IMG/VR virus record: IMGVR_UViG_3300015615_000629
Location: 288,001 to 352,000 of that record
DNA: 64,000 nucleotides
Origin: a virus
Taxonomy: Duplodnaviria > Heunggongvirae > Uroviricota > Caudoviricetes
Direction: 5' to 3' (one strand)
This document shows, one piece after another, positions 53,690 to 62,741 of the stretch. Each line of letters begins with the position of its first letter. Position 1 is the stretch's first letter. The position numbers and the translations under genes were made by a program. The notes under the pieces were generated by a model. It made no database searches, was not told the DNA's origin, and saw nothing but the letters and a program-made list of their open reading frames with translations.

Positions 53690-53760
53690 TAGGCCGCCTG
53701 AGAATCGAACTCAGATCTAAAAATTAAAAGTTTTTTATTCTCCCATTGAACTAGCGACCC
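53690..53760 (-). tRNA. tRNA-Lys(TTT)
   Basis: AAAAA-CTTTTAA-TTTTT (all A-U anticodon stem). Confidence 0.8.
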
Positions 53761-53764
53761 AAAA

Positions 53765-53843
53765 AGGCATCGTGCCGGATCGAACGGCTTGGAATCATCT
53801 TTGCAGGATGACGGGCCGCCACGACCCATTAACCTACGATGCC
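53765..53843 (-). tRNA. tRNA-Cys(GCA) with enlarged D-region
   Basis: TCATC-CTGCAAA-GATGA; U73. Confidence 0.75.
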
Positions 53844-53850
53844 ATTGGCT

Positions 53851-53872
53851 AAATTAAATTGTCAAAGAACAA
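53851..53872 (-). promoter_or_regulatory. boxA-like antitermination element, copy 2
   Basis: TTGTTCTTTGACAATTTAATTT, right after the first tRNA of array 2. Confidence 0.65.
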
Positions 53873-53873
53873 G

Positions 53874-53945
53874 GGCCTTCGGTGAGAATCGAACTCACTA
53901 CCGCTTCCTTACCAAGGAAGAACTCTACCGATGAGCTACGAAGGC
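53874..53945 (-). tRNA. tRNA-Thr(GGT)
   Basis: CTTCC-TTGGTAA-GGAAG. Confidence 0.9.
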
Positions 53946-53963
53946 AAATCACTTTTCCAAACG

Positions 53964-53996
53964 AAAAAACCCGCTTCAGGTTTGAACCTGAGCGGG
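53964..53996 (-). terminator. Intrinsic terminator (attenuator 2) 5' of tRNA array 2
   Basis: CCCGCTCAGGT-TCAA-ACCTGAAGCGGG-TTTTTT; ends 18 nt before tRNA-Thr. Confidence 0.85.
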
Positions 53997-54052
53997 CTTT
54001 AAGTGATTCAGCCGACCCAGGTTTTATCCTGAGCCGTGTCTTGTTGACTGGT

Positions 54053-54142
54053 TCAGGACGAGATGATGGTGCATCCTTGGCGCGTATTAATATCGCACCA
54101 ATTATGCTGTTTATCTCGTCTTGTACCAATCATGAGTGACAT
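54053..54142 (-). CDS. Leader peptide 2 (29 aa, MSLMIGTRRDKQHNWCDINTRQGCTIISS)
   Basis: ATG TCA CTC ATG ATT GGT ACA AGA CGA GAT AAA CAG CAT AAT TGG TGC GAT ATT AAT ACG CGC CAA GGA TGC ACC ATC ATC TCG TCC TGA. Confidence 0.8.
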   Translation of the reverse strand: MSLMIGTRRDKQHNWCDINTRQGCTIISS

Positions 54143-54175
54143 TTTAGTTTCTTCTACTTTCGTTCTAACTGTAAG

Positions 54176-54247
54176 TGGCGGGAGAAGGAATCGCACCTCC
54201 GACCTTGAGTTTATGAGACTCACGAGCTACTACTGCTCCACCCCGCT
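54176..54247 (-). tRNA. tRNA-Met(CAT), initiator-like
   Basis: TGAGT-CTCATAA-ACTCA; A1:C72 mismatch; fMet-like D-arm; lacks the three G-C anticodon-stem pairs. Confidence 0.75.
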
Positions 54248-54256
54248 ATTGTGTAT

Positions 54257-54331
54257 TGGTGGCAGGGGAGGGCCTTGCACCCCCAACCTTCGGGTTTAAC
54301 CCCGACGCTCTATTTTTTGAGCTACCCCACC
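54257..54331 (-). ncRNA. tRNA-like RNA with 6-nt anticodon loop and encoded CCA
   Basis: GGTGGGG/CCCTGCC-ACCA; TCGGG-GTTAAA-CCCGA. Confidence 0.65.
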
Positions 54332-54338
54332 AATTAAG

Positions 54339-54420
54339 CGGCCAGGGATGGTAACGAGCCACCGACCTCCGCTACTTGCCATTGCTGACTTTCGCGGTGC
54401 TCTCACTGAGCTACCTAGCC
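54339..54420 (-). ncRNA. tRNA-like RNA with expanded, hairpin-containing anticodon arm
   Basis: GGCTAGG/CCTGGCC; GCTC/GAGC D-stem; CCGC-[GAAA GTCA GCAA TGGC AAGTA]-GCGG; T-arm GGTGG/CCATC. Confidence 0.6.
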
Positions 54421-54589
54421 ATGTTCTTCTATATAGAAGATTCAAATCATTTTTTCTTCACGCACTTAGTAAAACCTCCTTTTGGTCAGAGTTACTAATT
54501 GCGGCCGGAATTGAGCTATTCCTTTCGGACTTACTCAAGGATTACCGGCCCTTGTGCTGTTTCGCTCTTTTCTTGCCGTCAACTCCCCT

Positions 54590-54617
54590 ACTATAGCGTG
54601 ATTTTTTGGGTTGTCAA
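54590..54617 (-). promoter_or_regulatory. sigma70-type promoter for tRNA-like RNAs, leader 2 and array 2
   Basis: TTGACA-N16-TATAGT. Confidence 0.7.
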
Positions 54618-55568
54618 GTGTTCGGCAAGAAAATTTTCAAACCTGTTTTTCTGCCCTGTATGCTTTGGCTAGAGCCTTGTTCTTTTTACGTGTTGTGACT
54701 CGACGTAAGTGGCGGGCTCGCCCCTTATGGGATAATTTCATGATTGATCCTTATTCGGCAATTCTTCATTCTCGGAACAAAACCACTTCCAGGCATCTTC
54801 AAATTTCAAATTATCTACGCCTCCTCCAGGCGGATTTCTCAGGCCGATATTTGCAAAGCAGCTGCCGTAACAGGTTAGATAGAAAACTAACTGTTTTCGG
54901 CCACGATACCACATGCCAACAGCCATATCTTGGTCTGCTGGGCCAAAATTATTTGGTACAGGTTCCCAAATTTCGAATTTCTTGGAAGAATCTGGCGGGT
55001 TTGATTTTACGCCTTGGCGTGGTCATCGTCGCCGACAAAAGCTGTATTTTCTCGTTGAACTTCAACGGCAGAAGCACCAGCGGCTTCGGCAAAAAGGCAA
55101 AAGTCACCAAAGCCATCGTCTGGGACGCTGCCGGTGATGGTTCCGATTTCTTTTTGAACATCGGTCAAAACAAGCCCTTTAGATATAAGTTCGGCGGCTA
55201 CAAGTCCTATATCTTTGCCGGATTCAACCAAAATCATCACGTTAGTCATTTGTTCCCTTTGGTAAATCTTCAAAAGCGGTTTTTGGATTTAGTGTTCGCC
55301 AGCAAGCATCACTAATCCACATATCGATGCCTTGGGTGTTTTTACAAAGCTGGTGCCAGCAATCGTGGCACATAATTGCTGTGCGAATATCACATGTTTT
55401 GAACTTGGGTTTTCTGTCCTCATACCGAGGGGATTGTATGCATTCTATGGACAGAAGTGGTTCAATGGCTATTTCTTGGGTTATTCCGTCGGTTTCTTCG
55501 GAATAGGGATAAATTTCCAGATTATTTTGGTCTTTTTCACAATGGCAAGAGAGGCATTTCACGTAGTT

Positions 55569-55596
55569 ACTCTAGCACGGCATTGGTGTTTGTCAA
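55569..55596 (-). promoter_or_regulatory. sigma70-type early promoter
   Basis: TTGACA-N16-TAGAGT with GTGC. Confidence 0.6.
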
Positions 55597-55838
55597 GGAC
55601 CAAATGAGGGCGATTGAAGTGACAAAAACTATGGCGATTGCGGATGAGATTGCGGATTGTATATCCAAAAATGTGAAAACTGCAAAAAGTGAAATTAGGG
55701 ATATTGTTAGGATTCCGAAAAATCTAGTTTTTTTTAGATGTATTAGTTTTTACTTTTTGGGAAACTTTACATAAAGTGCAAAAATCAGGAGATTTTCTGT
55801 AACAGCCGTCACAATAGATTTCGATATCGGGTGGCATT

Positions 55839-56327
55839 TTATGTCCTGTTTAATCTATCGATTTTTTGTTGAATATCTGTTTCGTTTATCGGTTGAAATT
55901 TTCTCCAATGTGGTTCGATACGGTTGTACTTTTTAATACCGTCGGTGGGGGAGAAATATGTAGTCCAAAATATTTGGATGCATGACTCTACTAATTTACT
56001 AGGAGTGTCTGCTACCATTGTTCTTCCGAGGCAAATATTGCTGAAAAACGATCCACTTAGGCCCGAATATCTATAATATTTTCCGTTCTCAATCATACAC
56101 ATTTTAAATGCAGCGTTTGCGAAACGGAATTGTTTGCCTTTGAATGGAGCGTATATGTGCGAGAAGTTTATAACAAAAGCGTGGGGCGGCAATGATATCA
56201 ACTGACTTCCGTATTTGGTGTAATTATGTTGATCGACATAGCTACAGATGGGTATTGTCCTTTGCATTTCTCTACAATTTACTTGTGCGTAGTAATTGGA
56301 ATTATTAGCAAAATATTCAATGTTCAT
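55839..56327 (-). CDS. Prok-E2_D-like paralog 15
   Basis: QRTIP; LISLPPHAF; NICLG; FWTTYF. Confidence 0.5.
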   Translation of the reverse strand: MNIEYFANNSNYYAQVNCREMQRTIPICSYVDQHNYTKYGSQLISLPPHAFVINFSHIYAPFKGKQFRFANAAFKMCMIENGKYYRYSGLSGSFFSNICLGRTMVADTPSKLVESCIQIFWTTYFSPTDGIKKYNRIEPHWRKFQPINETDIQQKIDRLNRT

Positions 56328-56820
56328 TTTTATTTAGTTGGTTAAGGATTTCTTGGATATTTTGTTCTGTAGTTGGTCGTTTATTTCTCCAAAAAGGATT
56401 GATTATATCATCGGGCTGGATTGAATAAACTGGGCCAAAAAAGTAAGTTGTCCAGAATCGTTCCACTGCCGCGTTTACAATATCGGTTGGGGTGGCTCCG
56501 GAAACAACGTCTCCGAGGCAAACAAATTGAAAATCTCTAGCCTCGACGAATCCGGAGCAATTAAAATACTCTTCATTAATTTTCATACACATCCTAAATC
56601 CGTTTTCCATAAATCGGAACAATGGTGTTTCGCCAATATCTCTTCCCGGCGTAAAATTAACAATAAATGTGTGATCTGGCAGTGTGATTAGTCGTGGTTC
56701 TGGTGTGTTATCTGGCAGACCGCGTGAGACCAGTTGGTGTACAAGAATAGTTCTTTGCGTTGCTTTGAAAGTGACTTCTGCGGTAAAATTCAAGGCTGTT
56801 TGAAAGTATTCTACATTCAT
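56317..56820 (-). CDS. Prok-E2_D-like paralog 16
   Basis: QRTIL; LITLPDHTF; FVCLG; FWTTYF; tandem paralog of 15. Confidence 0.5.
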   Translation of the reverse strand: MNVEYFQTALNFTAEVTFKATQRTILVHQLVSRGLPDNTPEPRLITLPDHTFIVNFTPGRDIGETPLFRFMENGFRMCMKINEEYFNCSGFVEARDFQFVCLGDVVSGATPTDIVNAAVERFWTTYFFGPVYSIQPDDIINPFWRNKRPTTEQNIQEILNQLNKNEH

Positions 56821-57322
56821 TCTAAGTTTTCTAAAAAGGCGAGAAGTATAGCCTTGCTAGATGCTTCGTAATCACCAAACTTTACACCGTGTCCGTAATC
56901 AATAATACTGAATTCTCGGAAATCAGGTTTTGTTCCATCTCCGGAAGGTGTAAAAAAGGACAATGGGACGACAACTCTATGCAGATTTCCGGTCCATAAA
57001 GTTAAGCCAATTTCGTTAATCCTACCGCAAATAAACAATTCAGCCTTATTGTTGGCTTGAATAGCTTCGACAAGTTCTTCTGGGGGAGAGATGCTATTTT
57101 ATTCATGGGTTAATTAGTGTTGCTCCTTCCATTGCGTTTCTGAGATTATTATAGGTTCTTTTATCCCACTCATTGTCAAATTCTGGTTCTTCTGATAAAA
57201 AATAAACTTTTATTTCTGGGTCTTTAATTAGATCTGGCAGGTTGTGTGGGCCGAAGCAACCAAGGCGGCTTTTTTGTTCTACAAAGCCACAGCAGCCTAT
57301 GTATTTAAGAACGTCCATAATT

Positions 57323-57838
57323 TCACTTGTTTCTCGATTGTGAACGACGATCCATTTTTTTAGCGTTTGATTCATAGATTTCTTTAACAAAGGATTTTAG
57401 TTCTTTAATAGAAGAATTGGTTAATTTTGGCACGTGGATCGGGCGTCCATGCGTTTTATGATCAATGTATCTTCCCTCGGTTCCTTCTTGATAAGGGACA
57501 GACCAAAACATTTCCATAGCGGTTTTAATTACTTTTTCAACGGTTCCGCTAATAGATTCGTGATTCATATCAACGCAAACACCGCCTTCTCCATTATGGT
57601 TTCCAAGTGAAAGTGCTGAGTCGTAGTATTGTGAGCCGTACTTTAAGAGGAATTGAAAAGGAAAACTACCGGTGATTGTTATTCTTGTTTTAGATAAAGG
57701 ACAAATTCGAAACACGAAAGCGTGTTCAGGGAATGACAAATAATGAATTTTTCTTCCAAAGACTATATTTCTTTTGGTTGGTGGGCAAATCACAGCGAAC
57801 ATTTTCTGCGATTTATTTATTTTTATTGAGTTTTTCAT
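57323..57838 (-). CDS. Prok-E2_D-like paralog 17 (KINK subfamily)
   Basis: PPTKRNIVF; YLSFPEH; GEGGVCV; FWSVPY. Confidence 0.55.
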   Translation of the reverse strand: MKNSIKINKSQKMFAVICPPTKRNIVFGRKIHYLSFPEHAFVFRICPLSKTRITITGSFPFQFLLKYGSQYYDSALSLGNHNGEGGVCVDMNHESISGTVEKVIKTAMEMFWSVPYQEGTEGRYIDHKTHGRPIHVPKLTNSSIKELKSFVKEIYESNAKKMDRRSQSRNK

Positions 57839-58307
57839 CGATTTCTTTAACAAAGGATTTTAGTTCCTTAATAGAAGATTCTTCAAACTCAGGCAGATGT
57901 ACTAAGTCGCCATAGGCATAATTTTCTTTTACATATGGGCCTTCCCTCGACCAGTATGCGGTAGTCCAAAACTTGTCTATACAGGTTTTGATTGCTTCTT
58001 CAACTTCTCCACGAATCGATTCGTGGCCTAAGCTAATGCAGACGCCGCCTTGGCCATTTCTATTTGCCGTTGAAATTGGTGCATCGTAATATTTGTTGTA
58101 CTTTATCAAAACGAATTTAAACGGATAATCTCCCGTTAGGGTTATCTTGTTGGGGCCTATAGGACGTATCGGAAATACGAACATGTGTTCTGGGAACGAC
58201 AAATAATAGGCAATTGATTCGTCATATCTGATAAAGACTATATTTCTTTTGGTTGGCGGGAACACCACGGCAACCAATTTACGTTCTTTGTTTATCTTGA
58301 TGTTCAT
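57813..58307 (-). CDS. Prok-E2_D-like paralog 18 (KINK subfamily)
   Basis: PPTKRNIVF; YLSFPEH; GQGGVCI; FWTTAY; DNA-level repeat with paralog 17. Confidence 0.55.
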   Translation of the reverse strand: MNIKINKERKLVAVVFPPTKRNIVFIRYDESIAYYLSFPEHMFVFPIRPIGPNKITLTGDYPFKFVLIKYNKYYDAPISTANRNGQGGVCISLGHESIRGEVEEAIKTCIDKFWTTAYWSREGPYVKENYAYGDLVHLPEFEESSIKELKSFVKEIDEKLNKNK

Positions 58308-58795
58308 AGACTAGCAATAAATTCTTTTAAGTCTTCGATGGATGATTCTGTGAATTCAGGAAGATTTCCTTCTACCATTGGAAAATGTTCACATATTAAT
58401 TCACCGGTATTTCGTATCCAATGTGTTAGGAAGGAGCTTTCTTCACCCGTTGGCCATCTTACGGTCCAGAATTTTTCTATAACTAGATTAATTGTTTTCT
58501 CTAATTCCCCTTGAAAAGAGCGGTGGTCATAATCAATACATACATCTCCTTCTCTCGTGCGGCTGGCTGCTGAAATGGGTGCGACATAAAATTTATCTTG
58601 TTCTTTTAGTACAAATTTAATTGGGTAAAACCCTCTAACTACTAGATGTTTTTCGGAGGTAAGGATTATAGGGAATATGAATAAATGTTCGGGAAATCTT
58701 AAGTTATATGCTTTGTGATCAAAAAACACGGTTCGCCGTCTCGGTGGAAACGCGACTGCAAACATCTTGTGTTGTTTGTTTATCTTAATATTCAT
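58304..58795 (-). CDS. Prok-E2_D-like paralog 19 (KINK subfamily)
   Basis: PPRRRTVF; LRFPEH; EGDVCI; FWTVRW. Confidence 0.55.
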   Translation of the reverse strand: MNIKINKQHKMFAVAFPPRRRTVFFDHKAYNLRFPEHLFIFPIILTSEKHLVVRGFYPIKFVLKEQDKFYVAPISAASRTREGDVCIDYDHRSFQGELEKTINLVIEKFWTVRWPTGEESSFLTHWIRNTGELICEHFPMVEGNLPEFTESSIEDLKEFIASL

Positions 58796-59089
58796 TTTCT
58801 GCTTTAATGGGTTCACGTTCGATGATCGTGAAACTTTCGCCATGTATTCCGTGGTGCATAAGGATTCTTATTCTTTCATTGCCTCTTTCGATTGTGAAAT
58901 CAACCCAATCATGTTGATCCCATCCTGGGTTTATATTGCCCCAATTTATCCGAGCCCCTTCAGGAAGGTAATGGAATTGCGGAGGCTTCGGTTCTGTTTT
59001 TGGTGTAGTCTTGTAAAACAAGGTGATTGGCAAAAAGGCTACAACAATCGCCACACAACACAGAAAAAACAAGCCGCCTCTGTTCATTT

Positions 59090-59635
59090 TTACTCACAAT
59101 TAGGAAAGATTTCTTCTATCTCTTTAAGGGTAAGTGATTTTTCAGGAATTTTAAAATAATTGTAATAGCTTGTTTGTGATTGTTTGGACTTGTTTGATTC
59201 TTCCCAAAGGGCCAAAGAATAAAGATATCTATCGGTAACTGATCTGTCAGACGCATGGATGGAAAACATAGACGACCAGAAATCGTTTATAGTATTTACG
59301 ATAAGGTTATATGCTGATTTGTTCATAATCCGTTGGGCATGTCCTGTGCATACTAACCCCTCAAAATAATCAACATTTGGCAGTGTAGGTATTTGCCATT
59401 GGTTATCTACGTGAAATAAAATTCGCAATCCTTCAAAATCTCTCTCTTGAATACAATATCGTCCTGCAACTTTATCCAGGCTTATGGTAAAGCAATGTTC
59501 GGGAATGTATAAACAAAATGTAATAATTCGTGCCGTTGTAGTGGGTTCCAGAACAAGAACTCGTACAGTCCGCCAGCACGGCTTAAAGCAGACATAAATT
59601 AATGGAAATTCAACTCTAATGTCTAACATTTCCAA
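59090..59635 (-). CDS. Prok-E2_D-like paralog 20
   Basis: PCWRTV; LYIPEH; PTLPNVDYFEGLVCTG; FWSSMF. Confidence 0.6.
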   Translation of the reverse strand: MEMLDIRVEFPLIYVCFKPCWRTVRVLVLEPTTTARIITFCLYIPEHCFTISLDKVAGRYCIQERDFEGLRILFHVDNQWQIPTLPNVDYFEGLVCTGHAQRIMNKSAYNLIVNTINDFWSSMFSIHASDRSVTDRYLYSLALWEESNKSKQSQTSYYNYFKIPEKSLTLKEIEEIFPNCE

Positions 59636-59882
59636 ACCAACGTTCGTGCATTTGTTTTAAAAATGGAATATCAATGGCAATACCGTTTCCGTGTGGCAAT
59701 ACAGAATCTATACCACAATATGGACAGAGAACGGTCTTTTGTTCGTCTGTAAATTCATCAAACATGCTCGAATCAAATATCTTTAAACAATAGAAACAAC
59801 CGCAATATTCAGCGTCGATACATTTCTCTACGTTGTTTCTAGAAACCTTGTGTGCTTCTTTTAGAAAATCATCCATTAACAT
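59616..59882 (-). CDS. Small Zn-ribbon protein
   Basis: CGCFYC...T.LCPYCGIDSV. Confidence 0.6.
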   Translation of the reverse strand: MLMDDFLKEAHKVSRNNVEKCIDAEYCGCFYCLKIFDSSMFDEFTDEQKTVLCPYCGIDSVLPHGNGIAIDIPFLKQMHERWFGNVRH

Positions 59883-61174
59883 GGACCTTTCATAGAAAAT
59901 AAGCCCGTAAGATATTTTCTAATGGTTGTTAGAAGTTTGGGTTTTTGTTGTCGTTCATATTCATCATGAATTGCTTTGGCGACTTCTAGATAGTCTTGTT
60001 TAATGTGTCCTGGGATTCTTTCGTCACTCCAACCGTGGAATTCACGGGATTTGGCTATGGCATCTTCCAAATGTTTTAATTGATTGATATAGTTATTTTT
60101 AGCATATTCCCATTGGCGTGGAGAATGATGAAACAATTCTACTGCTGAACATATGATCCAGCCTTCTACAAGTTGCTCGCTTAAAAATCTCCAAGGGTCG
60201 GTCGTATGGTGGTTACATTCGGCTGCTTCCCATAATTCGAGCAATAATTTAGAGTCAAGTTCTGTGTTGGGTTTTTCGAGATTTTCTTTGCCGATGCTTT
60301 TGAGCAAGGTTAATACTCGGCCTTGAATTCTGCTTATCTTTTTCTCTAAATCTGCTTTTTCTTGTTTTAAATCATCGACAATTTTCTCAACGTGCTTGCA
60401 TTCATCACACAAGAGCGTTCCTTCTTTACGACATACTTTGCATGCTATGTAGCACATTATTATTCCTCTAAAGTCTTTTTGGTGAGCCCGCGTTGACGAG
60501 CAAACTCTTCGAAAAACAGATAAGTAGTTTTTAGGGAATAGAATCTAGTTCTATCTATAAAATCCTCGGTTCTGCTCGATGGCAATGGTTCGTATTCCCA
60601 TTCCATTTGTTTGTTAAGACATTGACCAAATATAGAGCAAATTGCCCAAACATTTTCTCCACGAGATTCAATATTTATTGATTTGTTGACAGAGAAACGT
60701 GTTGCTTTTGGAAAGAGGTGTTTTGCTAACGCTTCATCAGATAGTTCAGGGCTCATTTTGTCCTGTCTTGCGAAAACACAGATTTCAATTCTTCTTCAGA
60801 CAGTTGAGTCACCGCTTTTGAGAATTCTTTGTAACCTTCAGGGTTGCTTGGAGTACGGGTGTTAAGGGGGCTTGTCGCAAGCCATTCTTCAATTTGTCGG
60901 CGTTGCCTAATCCGCCGCCATTTAAGCATTGAAGAAATGCTTAATATTGGCAATAAAAATATCATAAAAGGCCAACCAACCGCTACCCCTGCTACGATAA
61001 CATGGACAGTTATTGGAGAAATTCTGTCCTTTGTGGCGAGGGCTAACAACTTTCCAATTATCTTTTTATCTTCTTGCCGATGACTTGGATCATATGTACA
61101 CAGCAGAATTAGGCACATTACAAATATGTAAATAATTGTACTAACTACGGCGAATATAAATTGATCTTCAGACA

Positions 61175-62710
61175 TTACCAATCTCCGGAGGCACCGCCGC
61201 CACTAAAGCCAGAATCGGAAGAACTTGACCCGCTATCAAAACTAGAGGACGAAGAACCACTATCAAAACTAGAAGAACTAGAGTCCCAACTAGATGATAC
61301 TCCCCCGCCGCTAAAGCCAGAAGAGCTACTTGAACTTGTATAATTGGACGAGTAATCCGTTTGTGGAGGAGGTGTTGGTGCGGGTTCCGGACGTTCTGCC
61401 TTCTCGCACAGTTTTTCTATGAGAAGTAGATTCAAATACCAATCCAATGGATCGGAGCCTCTATTGCCGATATCACGAGTCGCTTGCTCATAATATTTGC
61501 GATTAGATTTTGATACTTTCTTTTCAATTTTTCTCAATCTTTCATTGATCTTCTGTTCAAGTTCCGGCCCGAGCCGCTTAGCCTCTTCCGTTTTCTGTTC
61601 TCGTTCTTCAATGCGAGTTAAAAGGCTTCTGGCGTTAGTCTTATTTGTTTCGGCTAGTTTTAAAGTATCTCGCCAATCGTGGGGTTCTGAGATACTGGAA
61701 AGTTTTGCATGGTCGTCGCAAATCTTGTCCAAATGAGCCGATTCCGCTGCTTTCAAATCTTTGATTTTGATTGTGGCGATATATTCCTTTGTCTTGTCTA
61801 ATACCGCCGCCAAACCAGACTTAGCATTTCTTATTGCGGAAAGTGTTTTCTTATATAGACCGGCTTCGTCAACCACTTGCTCAATAGTTTCGCAGTCGGC
61901 ATCAAAATTAGAATCAAATATTGAAGGGACACGAGGGAATGCTCCTGGCCTGTTAAAAACACCAGGGGCTTCGGCATCTAGTTCTGAAAAGTCAATCTGG
62001 GCTTGTACGTTTTGGGTGCCATATCGTTCTATCAAATCCTCGCATCGTCGCCTTCTCGATTGTCGTCCCAAATACCACTTAATAAATGCCACCAAAGCGA
62101 AGCCTCCAACTACTCCGAAAAAGAACAATAAAATTGTTATAACAACTCCTGTGTTGTCCGACTTTTCAGCTTTGGCCTCGCTTGTTCTTTCTGAAGGCCG
62201 TGCAAAGGGTTCTTGTCGGGATTCTTGAAAAACCGGTTTTTCTTGTCGTGGAGGAGGCGTAACAGGCGTAAGGGCCAGAACAACCTGTTGTGTTCCGACC
62301 ATAATTCCTGATTGAAAATCTTTGCGTTTAAAGGCTGGAATTACATCATTTTGCATAATTCTATTGGCTGCTGCTTCGGTAAAGATTGAGGTAACAATAC
62401 CATCACTGATTTCAAATCTGGCTTTCCGTTCTTTTCGGGAAACCAAAAACAGAACGGCACCTTTCTTCTCTCTGTCAAGGTGCATTTTGTTGGCTAATTC
62501 ACGGGTATAATGTTCGATAGAATCCCCGCCCATGTCGTTAATTGTAACAACCGCAATCCTGTAGGGCGTGGTGTTGTTAAAATCGGCTAATTGCCGTTCT
62601 AGGGCGGAAGCCATGTTGGGAGACAAGAAATGGGCTTCATCGGTAACATGGGTAGCTGGGGCTTCGACTTGGCAAAGCACTACGGTTGCCAAAAGAATAG
62701 CATGGATCAT
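61175..62710 (-). CDS. TPM-domain (YgcG-like) membrane protein with Ser/Gly-rich tail
   Basis: Signal peptide; VTD.A..LS; IAVVTI; ER..R.E; P.FK..DF..GI; TM; FSGGGASGDW. Confidence 0.85.
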   Translation of the reverse strand: MIHAILLATVVLCQVEAPATHVTDEAHFLSPNMASALERQLADFNNTTPYRIAVVTINDMGGDSIEHYTRELANKMHLDREKKGAVLFLVSRKERKARFEISDGIVTSIFTEAAANRIMQNDVIPAFKRKDFQSGIMVGTQQVVLALTPVTPPPRQEKPVFQESRQEPFARPSERTSEAKAEKSDNTGVVITILLFFFGVVGGFALVAFIKWYLGRQSRRRRCEDLIERYGTQNVQAQIDFSELDAEAPGVFNRPGAFPRVPSIFDSNFDADCETIEQVVDEAGLYKKTLSAIRNAKSGLAAVLDKTKEYIATIKIKDLKAAESAHLDKICDDHAKLSSISEPHDWRDTLKLAETNKTNARSLLTRIEEREQKTEEAKRLGPELEQKINERLRKIEKKVSKSNRKYYEQATRDIGNRGSDPLDWYLNLLLIEKLCEKAERPEPAPTPPPQTDYSSNYTSSSSSSGFSGGGVSSSWDSSSSSFDSGSSSSSFDSGSSSSDSGFSGGGASGDW

Positions 62711-62741
62711 TCGTTTTCCTTGTGAGTAAAGAACTTCCGTT

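Noticed and set aside
54257-54331. Calling this a third tRNA-Leu(TAA)
   Set aside because: The loop is 6 nt (GTTAAA), so no anticodon can be assigned. Kept as tRNA-like.
61175-61345. Ser/Gly-rich tandem repeats as a special repeat locus
   Set aside because: Ordinary low-complexity tail of TPM/YgcG-family proteins.
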